Origin: Geosiphon pyriformis uo1
Lineage: Eukaryota > Fungi > Glomeromycota
NCBI GenBank assembly: GCA_016748015.1
Contig: JAAOMT010000047.1
Location: 2,977-66,976, forward strand
Length of the DNA: 64,000 nt
Direction of reading: 5' to 3'
Shown here: positions 13,096 through 24,650 of the stretch, one piece after another
Layout of the letters: each line of letters begins with the position of its first letter
How positions within the stretch are numbered: position 1 is the first letter of the stretch
Translations under genes and position numbers: made by a program
The notes under the pieces: generated by a model
Databases searched by the model: none
What the model saw: the letters and a program-made list of their open reading frames with translations, nothing else
What the model was told of the DNA's origin: nothing

Positions 13096-14528
13096 AACCA
13101 TTTTTTGATGAAGAATGACATTTTCCCAGAATAGTTGCATGTCATCAATCGCCTTACTTTGTGCCTTCACCTCATAACAAAAAAAATTCTATTAATAAAT
13201 CAAAATTTTGACATTTTGTAATTCAAGTAAAGAAATGTAAATCGCGATGGTCGGGCTCGGATAGACAGCCGAGAAATACCCATGAAGTCCGGTAGAAGCA
13301 GACCATGGGCGTCCTTCGTTAGCACAAAAATTACTAACTATACCTTCTTTTCTTAACAGTCCGGGCTAATCTCTTTCACTGCTCTTTTAAAGCAGCGGAA
13401 CCAAGCACTGTTTAAAAGATTTATCATTTCCCGTAATCCTAAATTTAAAAAAGGTAAGTTAAAAAGAGTAAGGTCTAGATGTATTATTTTTAGTCAAACA
13501 AACCTTGGTTGAAACGCATCTGTGCCTTGCGTAATGACTTTGGTACCAATAAGCCAAACCAAATCAATGGATCTTTTAAAAGGAATTTTTTCACGGATTC
13601 GTGTTTCTCTTGTAAAGACGTGTCGTTATTGCTGGGGGGTTTCCATAACACCTAGTGAGTTTTTATTACCATTCACGGGTTGACGTAAACGATTAGATTG
13701 AATCGTTTCCGAGTTAACAATATCGGAGACAAGTGGATCTCTTTCTAATTGATTAAAAGTCCCATTGACTAATGACAGAGTATAATTATCATAATTTTTA
13801 TCATTGCTACTACTTGAAAAATCAGAGAGATGGGTATCGTCAATGGAACTTTAGTTCACTGGAAATGAAACCAAGCTAAAATATGTAAATCAAATCATTA
13901 AAAATTTTATGAAAAATCAAACTGAAAATAGCATAATCATAACATACATACACTCTATCAGTTGCCTGCATTCTTCCGTCATATTGACATTGCGATAGGG
14001 CACTTGGTCCCATAATGTATTTTGCATGAGCTATCGACCTGAAACCTTTTGCAAGGAGTAACTAAGTGTAAAATATTACCAAGGAACATCAAAATGACGA
14101 AAACCGAATAATCAAGCAAAATTTCTGTTTAACCAGTATGGTTTCTAAGGAAATTCTTCATATTTCAATTTTACTTACACTTTCTAGTTCTTTACTAATA
14201 CATTTCCTTAGTTCTTCATACTTTGAGACGAGGTCGAGATGTTCCAGCATAGCTGCGTCAAGCTTTATTGAGATTTGAAGGAGTTTTGTTATCTCTTAAG
14301 TAGTGTCCAGTCATCGGAAAATGGCGGCGAATCAATGATGATATCATGATGGAGCCTCAGGAACTCGGTCTGTATGCTCTTTCAGATAAGTGAGAGTTAG
14401 AAGAAATAAAATAAAATAATTTTCCAAAAGACTTACCAGTATAACTAAAATAATAGAAAAGTTACCGATATAGGAAAAGAACAAGACACTCATATAAATT
14501 TTATTTTGTAAGACTACTGATCAAAAAT
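13096..14528 (-). pseudogene. Copy A of orphan/REase-like gene family: 5' part only, interrupted by a VMA22 fragment
   Basis: 14296-14528 is an inverted match to about 14558-14872, and 13096-13415 is an inverted match to about 14872-15335, including intron 2 and exon 3. Confidence 0.85.
13416..14295 (-). pseudogene. VMA22: Captured genomic fragment of V-ATPase assembly factor Vma22/CCDC115 (4 exons, 3 introns, no start or stop)
   Basis: Spliced translation: EITKLLQISIKLDAAMLEHLDLVSKYEELRKCISKELES | GFRSIAHAKYIMGPSALSQCQYDGRMQATDRV | ...LLKDPLIWFGLLVPKSLRKAQMRFNQ | GLREMINL. This contains the family signatures GFxxLAxAKYxMG..QYDxRM and DPLxWFGxLVPxSLRxAQxxF. Exon 3 has one in-frame TAA and one frameshift. 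Confidence 0.85.
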
Positions 14529-14582
14529 GCACCTGACGTCATACAAATCGTGAAAATATTTTTGATCAGCAGTCTTACAAAA
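14505..14582. promoter_or_regulatory. Inverted-repeat centre between head-to-head copies A and B, with a CRE-like TGACGTCA
   Basis: ttgtaagactactgatcaaaaat...ctgacgtcat...atttttgatcagcagtcttacaa. The same arm plus TGACGTCA recurs at 18882-18948. Regulatory function is inferred. Confidence 0.5.
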
Positions 14583-14646
14583 AAAATATATATACGTGTC
14601 TTGCTTATTTTGTTGTGCCAGCAACTGTTTTTTTTTTCTGTCAATT

Positions 14647-16635
14647 ATGAGCGACAAAGAAGGATCTTATTATTTTGGTTATACTAGTAAGTCTTATGGG
14701 ATAGCAGTTTGGAAAATATTTTTATTTTATTTCTTCTAACTCTCAATGATCGTTTAGCTCTTGTCACTTATCTGAAGGAGCATACAGACTGGTCTTATAC
14801 CGAGTTCCTGAAGCTCCATCGTGATATCATCATTGAATCGCCGCCATTTTACGATGACTGGACGCTACTTGACAGTATTTGGTTCCGCCGCTTTAACCGA
14901 GTAGCACAAAATATTAGCCCAGACTGTTATGAAAACAAGGTATAGTTAGTAACTTTTGTGGCTAACGAAGGGTGCCCATGGTCTGCTGTCTACCGGACTT
15001 CATGGGTATTTCTCGGCTGTCTATCCGAGCCCAAGTGATGACGCCCATTGTCTGGTGTCTACTGGACTTTATGGGACCTCCACCATCGCGATTTAGTAAC
15101 TTTTGTGGCTAACGAAGGGTGCCCATGGTCTGCTGTCTAACGGACTTCATGGGTATTTCTCGGCTGTCTATCCGAGCACCACCATCGTGATTTACATTTC
15201 TTTACTTGAATTACAAAATGTCAAAATTTTGATTCATTCATTAAATTTTTTTTGATATGAGGTGAAGGCACAAAGTAACGCGATTGATGACAAGCAACTA
15301 TTCTGGGAAAATATCATTCTTCATCGAGAAATGGTAGGCTATTTCTTGTATATCATAGATATTATCTTTACAAGTGAATAGCAAAGATCCTTGTTTTTAA
15401 AAAATACAACTTGGTAAAGTGTAAACACATTACGGAAAGCCTCGATCTGCTTGGTGCTGTTGAAAATCAAGTTGTCCAGCCTAGCTTAAAACGACCACGT
15501 TTCAAGATTAAAGATCAGGGCCCTGAACTAACAAATGATGAGGAGGAGCCGGTAAGATAATTTGGAGCATAAGTTTAAAAGAAACAGGGGTGATTGATTA
15601 TATTAAAATTTCACATGAATGTTAGGAGAAAGATAGCGATGAGGCGGAGAGAATAGACACAATTGAAGAGGAAAAGCCAATAGAGGGGTAAGAATTAAAT
15701 AAGTAAGCCGTAATATATCATATAGTGTGTAGTAATTATTGTTTCTCGTTCCTTTTAAGCGCGTTTGAATGGGAATTTGACCAGTCGCCCCCAACATGGT
15801 TAGGTAAATTAATTGAAGAACAAAAAAAGATGATACAAATGGATATAAACGAATACGCTTCAAAGTAAGTGATCAGTGGCAGATTGAATAGTTTTAGTAT
15901 AGTGCAATGAAGAAAATTTATTTATTTTATGTAGACCTCTTTATTGGCGAATATTGGACCTGTCATCACTCGAGGTTGTCCCCAAAAGCGATCAAGAATC
16001 TGTCCGCAAGATGATCTCATCTACTTTGCAGACTGAACATTGGGAAGTAATGCAGCCGCCAGCGGAGAGGTGTCTGAAAGCGTTGATGGAGGTAAGTGGT
16101 GTGAAATTCACATGAAATTCCAGGTCTTGTTCTCAATAAATTCATTAACTTTTAGTTGACGACGAAGCAATTAAAAAAGATCGCGAAAATTGTTAAGCCC
16201 AAGGGTATTTGCGGTGCACTTCTTGAGATCACGAATATGGTCATGTCCAAAAAAATGGAAGACTCGAATCCATTTTTCATTGAACAAAAAAGCGAGTCCT
16301 CTCTTTTCCAGGATGATGATTATCTGGATGACGAGGTCTCCTATATTCTGGAATTACTACGATACACGTAAGTTGGTTTAAACCAACGCAACAATGGGCG
16401 TCTCGAACAAAGACAACTTATACTTTTTTTCATATAATAGTTATGAAATGATTGCTCTAGGAATTCCCCAACGTAAAAACTCAGAGAGAGATATCGACAT
16501 CTTGATCAATTCCCATATATTCTCCTGTTTTAATGATGTTGTCGATAAGCACTTGTATGTTTGCTTGTTATAATCATTTGGATCTTCATTATTAACACTA
16601 ACACATCAAACACATTAGTGGGGAAGTTGTATCAC
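14647..16635 (+). CDS. Copy B: multi-exon uncharacterised protein, probable Crinkler-related REase-like family; cut by an assembly gap
   Basis: Exons MSDKEGSYYFGYT | ALVTYLKEHTDWSYTEFLKLHRDIIIESPPFYDDW...ENK | VKAQSNAIDDKQLFWENIILHREM | ... | LTTKQLKKIAKIV...LELLRYT | ...IPQRKNSERDIDILINSHIFSCFNDVVDKHL | GEVVS, joined by GT-AG introns. Whether it is intact is not established. Confidence 0.65.
14946..15185 (+). repeat. Intronic direct duplication (147-bp period) containing five stem-loops with a conserved TGTCTA loop
   Basis: 14946-15030 is repeated at 15093-15177. Hairpins at 14975-15006, 15012-15029, 15044-15075, 15122-15153 and 15159-15176. Confidence 0.85.
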
Positions 16636-16733
16636 NNNNNNNNNNNNNNNNNNNNNNNNNNNNNNNNNNNNNNNNNNNNNNNNNNNNNNNNNNNNNNNNN
16701 NNNNNNNNNNNNNNNNNNNNNNNNNNNNNNNNN
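16636..16733. other. Assembly gap (others at 1541-1560 and 18592-18621)
   Basis: Runs of N. Confidence 1.
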
Positions 16734-16859
16734 GAGACAGCCAATGTGAAATGGAAAGCTGTGTTAATTCTTTATGTAATATAGTAAAAATGTATATATC
16801 TTCTAACTTGTATTAAAGGTACCAAATTCAGATGTTCATTATAAAATTATATTGATCTT

Positions 16860-17423
16860 CAAATATTATTCTTAGATATTCATTTGTGCATTTGAAAACA
16901 ATAACTGACTTAACAGCGTTGCATTCATAGATATTCAAATTTATGTTATTACAGTAACATCAATAAAGAACTTTATTTTATTGAAAGACTTATGAATTTT
17001 AAATTTGGACAGGATCTGACTATTTCAGTAATACATCTATTAGTGAGGCATTTACATGAATTAAGACTCAGATACAGTAGCTTCTGCAATTTCTATAATT
17101 GGTATATTACTAAAACCGGGTATGAACACAGAATTGCACTGATCAATGCATCTGAGATTTTTAAACCTTCTAATCGGAGATATACTATTATGGAGCAATA
17201 GTGTCTTTATCAACCGCCAAGTAAGAACTTGAGACATCTTTCGGTTACATCGGTTCTGATGATCTTCTGTGGAAAACTCAATACGTCGCCATAGAATTGG
17301 AGCAAAAGAGTGGTACCAAAGTCTATTAAAGAAGAGAGTTGGGTAAAGCGATTTATCTTTTGCTAAAAAATGTAAGATCTGTTCTAATAGCTCGGGTATA
17401 TTAAAAATGTTAAGTTGTGACAT
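16860..17423 (-). pseudogene. F-box/LRR protein, frameshifted after the F-box
   Basis: MSQLNIFNIPELLEQILHFLAKDKSLYPTLFFNRLWYHSFAPILWRRIEF is the fungal F-box N-terminus. LRR-like remnants follow in other frames (ITEIVRSCPNLKFISL). Confidence 0.75.
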
Positions 17424-18258
17424 TGCAAAATAGTATATACTGGAAATAACTAATTATATAATTAATTTTTAGGAACAAATACCGTGGATATTATACACCA
17501 ATTCAGTCATTGAATTTAAAGCATACAGTTAGTTTTCATTACCTCTATCATTTCTTCGAGCGCTTTTTACTGTTTTTATCACGTTGGTAAATCTATTTAT
17601 TGTCACATTGGATACGTAACAAACCTACGTGCACTACTTGGGACTATTGCTTTGTTACAGACGTCATCTTTTGAGGACAAGGTCTCGAAAATCTCTATCG
17701 TCTGTGCTCTCTCTGATGCTGATCAATTATGATTATAATATAAGAAATCTAGACTTTGGTCCCGAATAAGTGATAGAAAACTCGATAAAAGAACCAGCAC
17801 TTTGCAGGGACAACAACAAACCCTCCCCGCGGTATAGCATATCGTAATTGATCTCATTGTGCTCATGGCGACTATTTTGGAATGATCTGTTCTTCGAATG
17901 TGGCGATGAAAAAATGACGATTATCCTATCTGAACATTGGAATAAAAGTCCCTCGCGATAGTAGTTGTGTTTATCCAAGGAAAAATTCATTCGTAGCGGG
18001 TTAAAAAATCACGCGCGCGTTTTCAATATATCTTACAATAAAAACGATGCAGATTTATACACATCTGAAAATAATTGTGATGCGAGCATGGTACATTAAA
18101 ATATGTCATTATATGTAAATTCGAAATAAAACACAACAAACTTTCGCAATTAATTGGTCTGCACTTGTCCAAGCCGTTTGAACGTATTAAGTGTATTGAG
18201 ATATAGCGATTAATGGAAATTATATTTCTCAAGAGGAAATGCCTATATCAGACCTTTA

Positions 18259-18807
18259 TTACTTAAGTAACAATCTTACTTGTGGTGAGTCTGGAAATTT
18301 ACGCATAAAAGACTTTTGTTCGGTTGGTGTAGTATTGCCACTATGACATGTTCTATATTTAAAATCCTTTGCGATCCGTTCAACGTACTTCTGTCATTGT
18401 AAAGGTCAAATGAAATTAAGTGAAATTTCTCATTATAAACAAGGAAAATGTGACATATACCTCTAAAGATACCAAATGATGGATCGCAACTCCTGCAAGT
18501 GGAATCATAGTTTTGTCAACTACCAGCCTGGTAATGAAGAATGGCCAGGAATGGTATAAACCACCATACTTAAGATCCATAGAGTAAGATTNNNNNNNNN
18601 NNNNNNNNNNNNNNNNNNNNNTACTATAGAGACGTCTTGGATAAATCTACCATATAAAAAGAGCAAAGTTAAGAATCTCTTATTGTAAAGTGATACGTAG
18701 CAGGTAGAAAAACGGGATTTATAGCTAAAGTTCTTCCTTCTCCAAACTGCCATCCCATAAGACTTACCAGTATAACCAAAATAATAGGATCCCTCTTTAT
18801 TGCTCAT
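18259..18807 (-). pseudogene. Copy C of the same family: exon 1 joined to C-terminal exons (internally deleted or collapsed at the N gap)
   Basis: MSNKEGSYYFGYT and the start of intron 1 match copy B. Distal exons read YSMDLKYGGLYHSWPFF...LVSLE | KYVERIAKDFKYR...SFMRKFPDSPQVRLLLK*. Confidence 0.65.
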
Positions 18808-19876
18808 AGTTGACATAGGAAAAAAACAGTTGCTAGCACAGCAAAACGAGCAAGGCCAAAACAAAGACACACGTATAAATTTTTGTAAGACTGCTGATCA
18901 AAAATATTTTCACTGCCATCTGACGTCATGATGACGATTTGATCAGTAGAAGTTTTTTTTCCCCAAATCTACTATTCCCATACTTGGACGAGGCGGAGGG
19001 AAACGTTTTAAAATGACAGTATATCTACATTATGTTTATTCATCGCTCTCTACTCAAAAACTTTTACAACTGAAAATATGTCGACTCTCGTATCCAACAA
19101 AATTCTTAACTTTATGAGAAATGAACCAGTGAAGCATATCACAGCAGGGTCAGTAATTTATATAGGCACAGAAGAAGACCAAACAATATCAAAAGAAGAA
19201 CTCTTAAAGCTGACAATTGATGCAATTCGGACCATGAAAAACCTTGCTGGTGAAGATTCTGAACGCTATAGAAAGATTTTAAATATTATCTATGAGGTTA
19301 GTTATTCTCTTTTTTATACATCATGATGACAATGCAGATATCACTTGACAAAGTCAAAATAAATACCCGAGCCTACAAGTACAAGTTACAACTTTCGAAC
19401 GTAGTGAAAGGTGTTTCGACTCCGTGGAGTAATATTTAGATAAGTTAGAGTCCTTGTGGCGGCCGAACAAGGATGACAACTTTATGATATTTCTGATTGC
19501 GCGCGCAAATGGAGGGAGATAATATATACATTATCAAGTTATACTAACAAAATATTATTTTACATCAGTTCGAATGTGCCTACGAAACCATCTGTAGTCT
19601 ACGTGATATCAAGGCGTTGAAGATGGAATGATGGATTACTTTTTGTAACAATAATATCTATGAATTTAATCTAATATGTATATGTGTAGAAAGAGTGAAC
19701 AAGTTTTTCTTGATGATGATATGATAAAGAAAAATATAAGATATTTACAAGGGAGACTTTTGAGTGATTCTTCCCTTTCTGTGGAACTTTATGAAAACGT
19801 GAAAAATATTCCCATTACAAATCTAAACTGGAAAGATCCTCTAGCTAGTCGAGTTATAAGTGATGATTCCATCATT

Positions 19877-20795
19877 AGAGAGTTTGCGCTACAATGATTT
19901 CTTTGTAAATTTACTTTTAGCAGTCCCAAATGGAATTCCTTGTAGAACAGAGTTTGCGCTACAATGATTTTCCTTGTAAATTTATTTCTGCAATTGGCTA
20001 GTGATGTCACGTAATTTTAATGCAAACGCGTATCAAATCTCACCATATGGAGTCCGAGAACTTGAATTTTGACAGCCTGCGAATGGCTACACTTCTACTA
20101 CTTCATAAGCGTCAACAGCAACTGGCCATAACAATGAAGACAATATTTGAACCTGAACGTCCATTGATTCCCAATACGAGACTTGATCTAAATGCACTTG
20201 ATGAGGGAACGTGTGTAGCATTTTTCCGGTATGAAGATTAAAGTTTTATATGATTAATGTGACAATAATGTTTTGAAAAGTATATTGAAGACAACGGCTT
20301 ATAGATTCAACAAAACACAGATAGAACAACTTGTTGAACACTTCCGAATTCCATCAGTTATCATTACAGAAAATCGTTTGCGGGCAACTGGAGTTGATTC
20401 ATTATGCATGTTACTTCGGCGAATGGCTTATCCAAACCGACATGTTGATACTATTCACCTTTTTGGTCGACCAACTGATGAAATTTCTTGTTTCTGCCAA
20501 CAAGTTATTTGCGACGTGACAGGTAGTAGATAGTATAGTGAATGCTTATTCACTAACAATAAAAATGGTCCACAGTCTTAAAATAGGTTCGAGAATATCT
20601 CTCTTAGGTTTGGACATATTGTAAGACATACCTTGTCAGCTTTTGGGCTACAGATTGCAAAAAATTTGATAACAAAAATCTCTTACTTGTAGAGGAGATC
20701 AATAAAGAATTCCGGTTTTAAATTTCTTTGTACAAGCCACAAATTTGTGGCTACAGGTAAATTTACAAAGAAAATCATTGTAGCGCAAACTCTCT
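19877..20795 (+). mobile_element. Non-autonomous PIF/Harbinger (PHIS superfamily) DNA transposon, 919 bp
   Basis: TIR AGAGAGTTTGCGCTACAATGATTT(T)CTTTGTAAATTTAC at 19877-19914 and inverted at 20757-20795. ATT on both flanks. A second TIR copy at 19949-19984. Confidence 0.9.
20020..20560 (+). pseudogene. N-terminal fragment of a Harbinger-type (DDE_Tnp_4) transposase
   Basis: RLDLNALDEGTCVAFFR | FNKTQIEQLVEHFRIP...DSLCMLLRRMAYPNRHVDTIHLFGRPTDEIS, the HTH region. The catalytic DDE core is absent. Confidence 0.8.
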
Positions 20796-20844
20796 ATTGT
20801 AGGAAAGTTGTTACCTAAACAGCATCAAAAGTTTATGGTAAGAA

Positions 20845-23800
20845 TTAATATTACTCCTACCACCAAAAACTACTATACAATTATCAAAAAATTATTCTGA
20901 ATTAACATAAGACAATTAAAACCACAACAACAAAAACAGTTTAAGCAACTTATTAAAAATAATAATAATTTAAAAAAAATTCATTTAGTTCAATATTAAT
21001 AATGCAAAGTTAAAATAACAATAAGTTTATCAAATACTGCTTGCCAATTACCAATTTATTAAAAAAAAATTCAACAAATGCTTAACAATAAGCTTATTTA
21101 ATTATTAATAAATTCATAAGCTTTATTTGTGGTCTTGATTAAAAAAAATTTAATTTTGTGTTAACTATTATTAATTAAATAGTATTATAATTAGAAATAT
21201 TTATTTTTTATCAAAAATTAATAATATGTTAGATGTTCTTAAAAAATTAAAATATTTTTTGATATTAAATTTAGAAAATAAATACTAATAAATAGCAATA
21301 AATTCTAAAGACCATTCAAAAACAGTCTTTACAACACAAAGTAAAAATTACAAATTTAATATAATGTCTTTTAAATTATATAATATATTAGCAATATTGT
21401 AACAATTTATAAATATTGTCTATGCTAAATTTTTATAATAATCAGTAGTTGTTTATTTTGATAATATTAATATTTATTTTCCAATATTTAAAACTTATTT
21501 AATTTGTTTATAAAAAGTTTTTTAATAATTATATAAAGCAAAATTAAAATTGAATATTAAATAATTTTATTTTAAAAAAACAAATATGAATTTTTTTGGT
21601 TATATTATTAATAAATATAGAATTAAATTAAACCCAAAAAAATAAGTACTATTAAAAATTTTAAGATTTTTAAAATACTGCAAAATTAGTATTTTATTAT
21701 TAAAAATTTATTAAAAATTTTTTTAAAATTGCCAAATTCTAATAAATTGCAACCAATAAAATATCTTTAATATTTTTAAAAAACAATTAATAATCATCTT
21801 AATTTTGATTTACTTGAATTTTAACAAAAAATTTTAATTAATTACTAATGTTTTATATATAGTTTTTAGTATTATTTTATTTTAATTAGACAATAATAAC
21901 AATAAAAAAATAATTGTTTACATTAATAAATATTGAAATTAGCAAAATAAAATTATTTTATTATAAAATTAGAAACAGTCACTGTAATTTGGGCTTTTAA
22001 TTATTTTAATTTATATTTTAAGTTTAAAAAATTTAATATTATTACTAATAATAGTGGATTTAAATAGCTCTAAAATAAAAATTCACAATTAAATATTAAA
22101 CAAATTTATTAGACTGAATTTTTTGTAAATTACAAATACATTTTATATTAAAAATCAAAAAAATTACACATTAATATTAATAATTTTTTAAGAATAAGAC
22201 AAAATTAGAACACTTAAAATATTAATCAATCTAATTAATAAATTAACAATAAATAAAAAACTCCAAAAATTACAATAATTTCAAACAATACTCAGAAATA
22301 TTTACAGTTTTAAAAATTTGGTTTTTAAGTAAAAAAATTATTTACAACATTAAATAAAATAATATTTTATATATAACAATATTATATATATTTAAATTAC
22401 AAAAATTCAACCAATTTACTCAAATTAATTCAAAAACATAAAAAAAACAAATTTATATAATATATACTCAGATATATTTTTAGCATATTTTGAAAAAAAA
22501 ACAGCACAATTTAGAAAACATTAGAACATTATTTTTGGTTTTATATGTAAAAAATATTCTTAATATATTAAATTTTGTAATAACTGTTAAAAAAAAGTCT
22601 ATCTTACAAAATTTTTAAATTCAATTAAAATTAAATAATTTTTAAATAAAATTAGTATTAATTTATTTAGATTATTACTTATTATAATCCAAAAAAACCA
22701 ATATATTGTAATTAAAATAAATTATTTTACAAAATAATCTAAAACAAGAGCCATTTAATAAACAAACACAAAATTAATAGTAAACATTATTTATAAATAT
22801 AAATGTTTAATTAAATTTTTATTCAATTAAAAAACACATTTTATAAATAATTTAATATTAAAAAACCTTAATCTTTATTATACTATTTACAAATAAATAG
22901 ATTTGTAAAATGTTTTATTAAATATTTTGTAAATTATTAGCTAAAATCTTAATTAATTTTAAGCAAAAATAAGATATTTTTATTTTATTAATATTATTAG
23001 TTTATAAAATATTAAAACAAAACACAATAAAACACATTTTAGTTAATTTAATTTATAAAAAAACAACAAGATTACTAATTAATTTCTTAGTAAAATTTAT
23101 TTAATTTAGTTAATTACAGAAAAATTTTTTTAAAAAATCATTTAATAAAAAGCTTATATATTTTTTACTATTTTAAAAAAATAATAATAAAGTATAACTG
23201 TTTATATTAAATATTCTTAAGCTTAATAAAAAAAATAACATAACAATAAATTACTATTTGTTACCAATAAGTTTAAAGTTAAAAACAAAGTTATTTTTAT
23301 ATATAATTAAGATTAAAAACACTTTTTAAATTATTTATAATAATTACAAAAAAACAAATTAATTATATTTAAATAGAATTTATTATAATTTTAGTAACAA
23401 ATATCCAAAATTATTATTTTTATAAAAAAAATACAAGAAATTATTTTAAAGTTTACTTATTAGAACTTTTAAAGCAAGCTTTAAAAAAAACTTATTATAT
23501 GTTTCTATTAATATATTTTTTAAATATTACAATTTAACAAAAATTTCAATATTGTCTTAATAAATAGAACAATAAATATCTTTTAATTTATAGATATTTT
23601 TATATTAAAAAAATATTACATAAAAAAAAACTAAAATTCAAAACAACAAATTTTACATCAAAAATTATTTAAAAACAAATACATAATAAATTCAAAACAA
23701 TAGTTAAATTAATAAATATTTGTTATAAAATTAAAATAGCTTTTAAACTTTATAATCTGTTTAATACTTATAAAAACATTTTACAAAATTTAATTATATA

Positions 23801-24650
23801 ATCTATGAAGATTTAATATATAAAAAAGCTTATAAAACTGAAATTTTAACAATTTTCAAACTAAATTACTTTAATAATTTTGGTTTACTATTTGAAAATT
23901 ACAAACAGTATTTAGATTTTAATAAAGCTTAATCTTAAAAAAAATATATTATTTATAGTAATTCAAGCTATTAATTAGCATAAAATTATTCTTATAATTT
24001 TTATTATTAATTAGCACATATTATTATTTTAAATTAACACTTATTATTATTCAATTAATAACCCAATTTATATAAAACATAAATATAATTAATTGTAATA
24101 ATTAAATTTTATAGTATACTAAATTATATAATAGTTAAAAATTTACTAAAATATTTAATAATTTATTAAAATAGTCTATAATTACAAAATAACTTATAAT
24201 TCAATAAAATATTAAAAAAAAATACTGAATTAAAAAATAGTATTGTAATAAATTATATAAAAAAAAAGCATTTTTTTAAGAAAATATATCTTAATCAGAG
24301 ATAACAATTAATTATTACAACTTAATTCAATAAAAACTTATTTTAAAAACCCAAATTCTTAATTATTATTGTTTTGATAATAAATTAAAACCAAAACTAA
24401 CATTTTAAAATTAATTAATTAACAATTTTAATAATTGTTAGTGCTTTTTGACCTGAACTAAAACCAATTTTTTTGAACATATATTTTTTTTTTTTTTTAT
24501 TTTTTATTTTTTTATATTATTAAATAGTTAATAATTAAGATTTTCTGTAAAAAAGTTGATTTTTATAACAAAATAACTATATATATTTAAAAAGTTTATA
24601 AATAAAATATTTTTATAAAAAAATTAATTTTTATTGCAAAGTAATTAAAC
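20845..24650 (+). mobile_element. Heavily decayed Ty3/Gypsy pol relic (RT-RNaseH-IN)
   Basis: Ghost motifs in the expected order: SPW..VVL/FCVNY (about 21110-21180), VVVYFDNINI (about 21445), RNase H (about 21790-22150) and integrase (about 22450-23300). Nearly all G/C has been converted to A/T. Confidence 0.75.

Larger units (their letters stand above)
19078..20838 (+). pseudogene. Uncharacterised multi-exon gene, divergent from copy C, disrupted by a DNA transposon and truncated by a Gypsy relic
   Basis: ORFs 19078-19326 and 19676-19876. Removing 19877-20798 restores the frame ...DPLASRVISDDSII-VGKLLPKQHQKFM. Confidence 0.65.

Noticed and set aside
13412-14299. piggyBac insertion, suggested by TTAA at both ends
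   Set aside because: No CCC/GGG termini, TIRs or transposase. The content is VMA22, and one TTAA probably belongs to its coding sequence.
14946-15185. Hammerhead ribozyme or C/D snoRNA in the structured intron (contains GTGATGA)
   Set aside because: No CUGAnGA plus GAAA core in a three-stem arrangement on either strand, and no terminal CUGA box.
17733-18232. ORFs 17733-17990 and 18023-18232 as viral or Polinton genes
   Set aside because: No recognisable motifs and no polymerase, capsid or integrase nearby.
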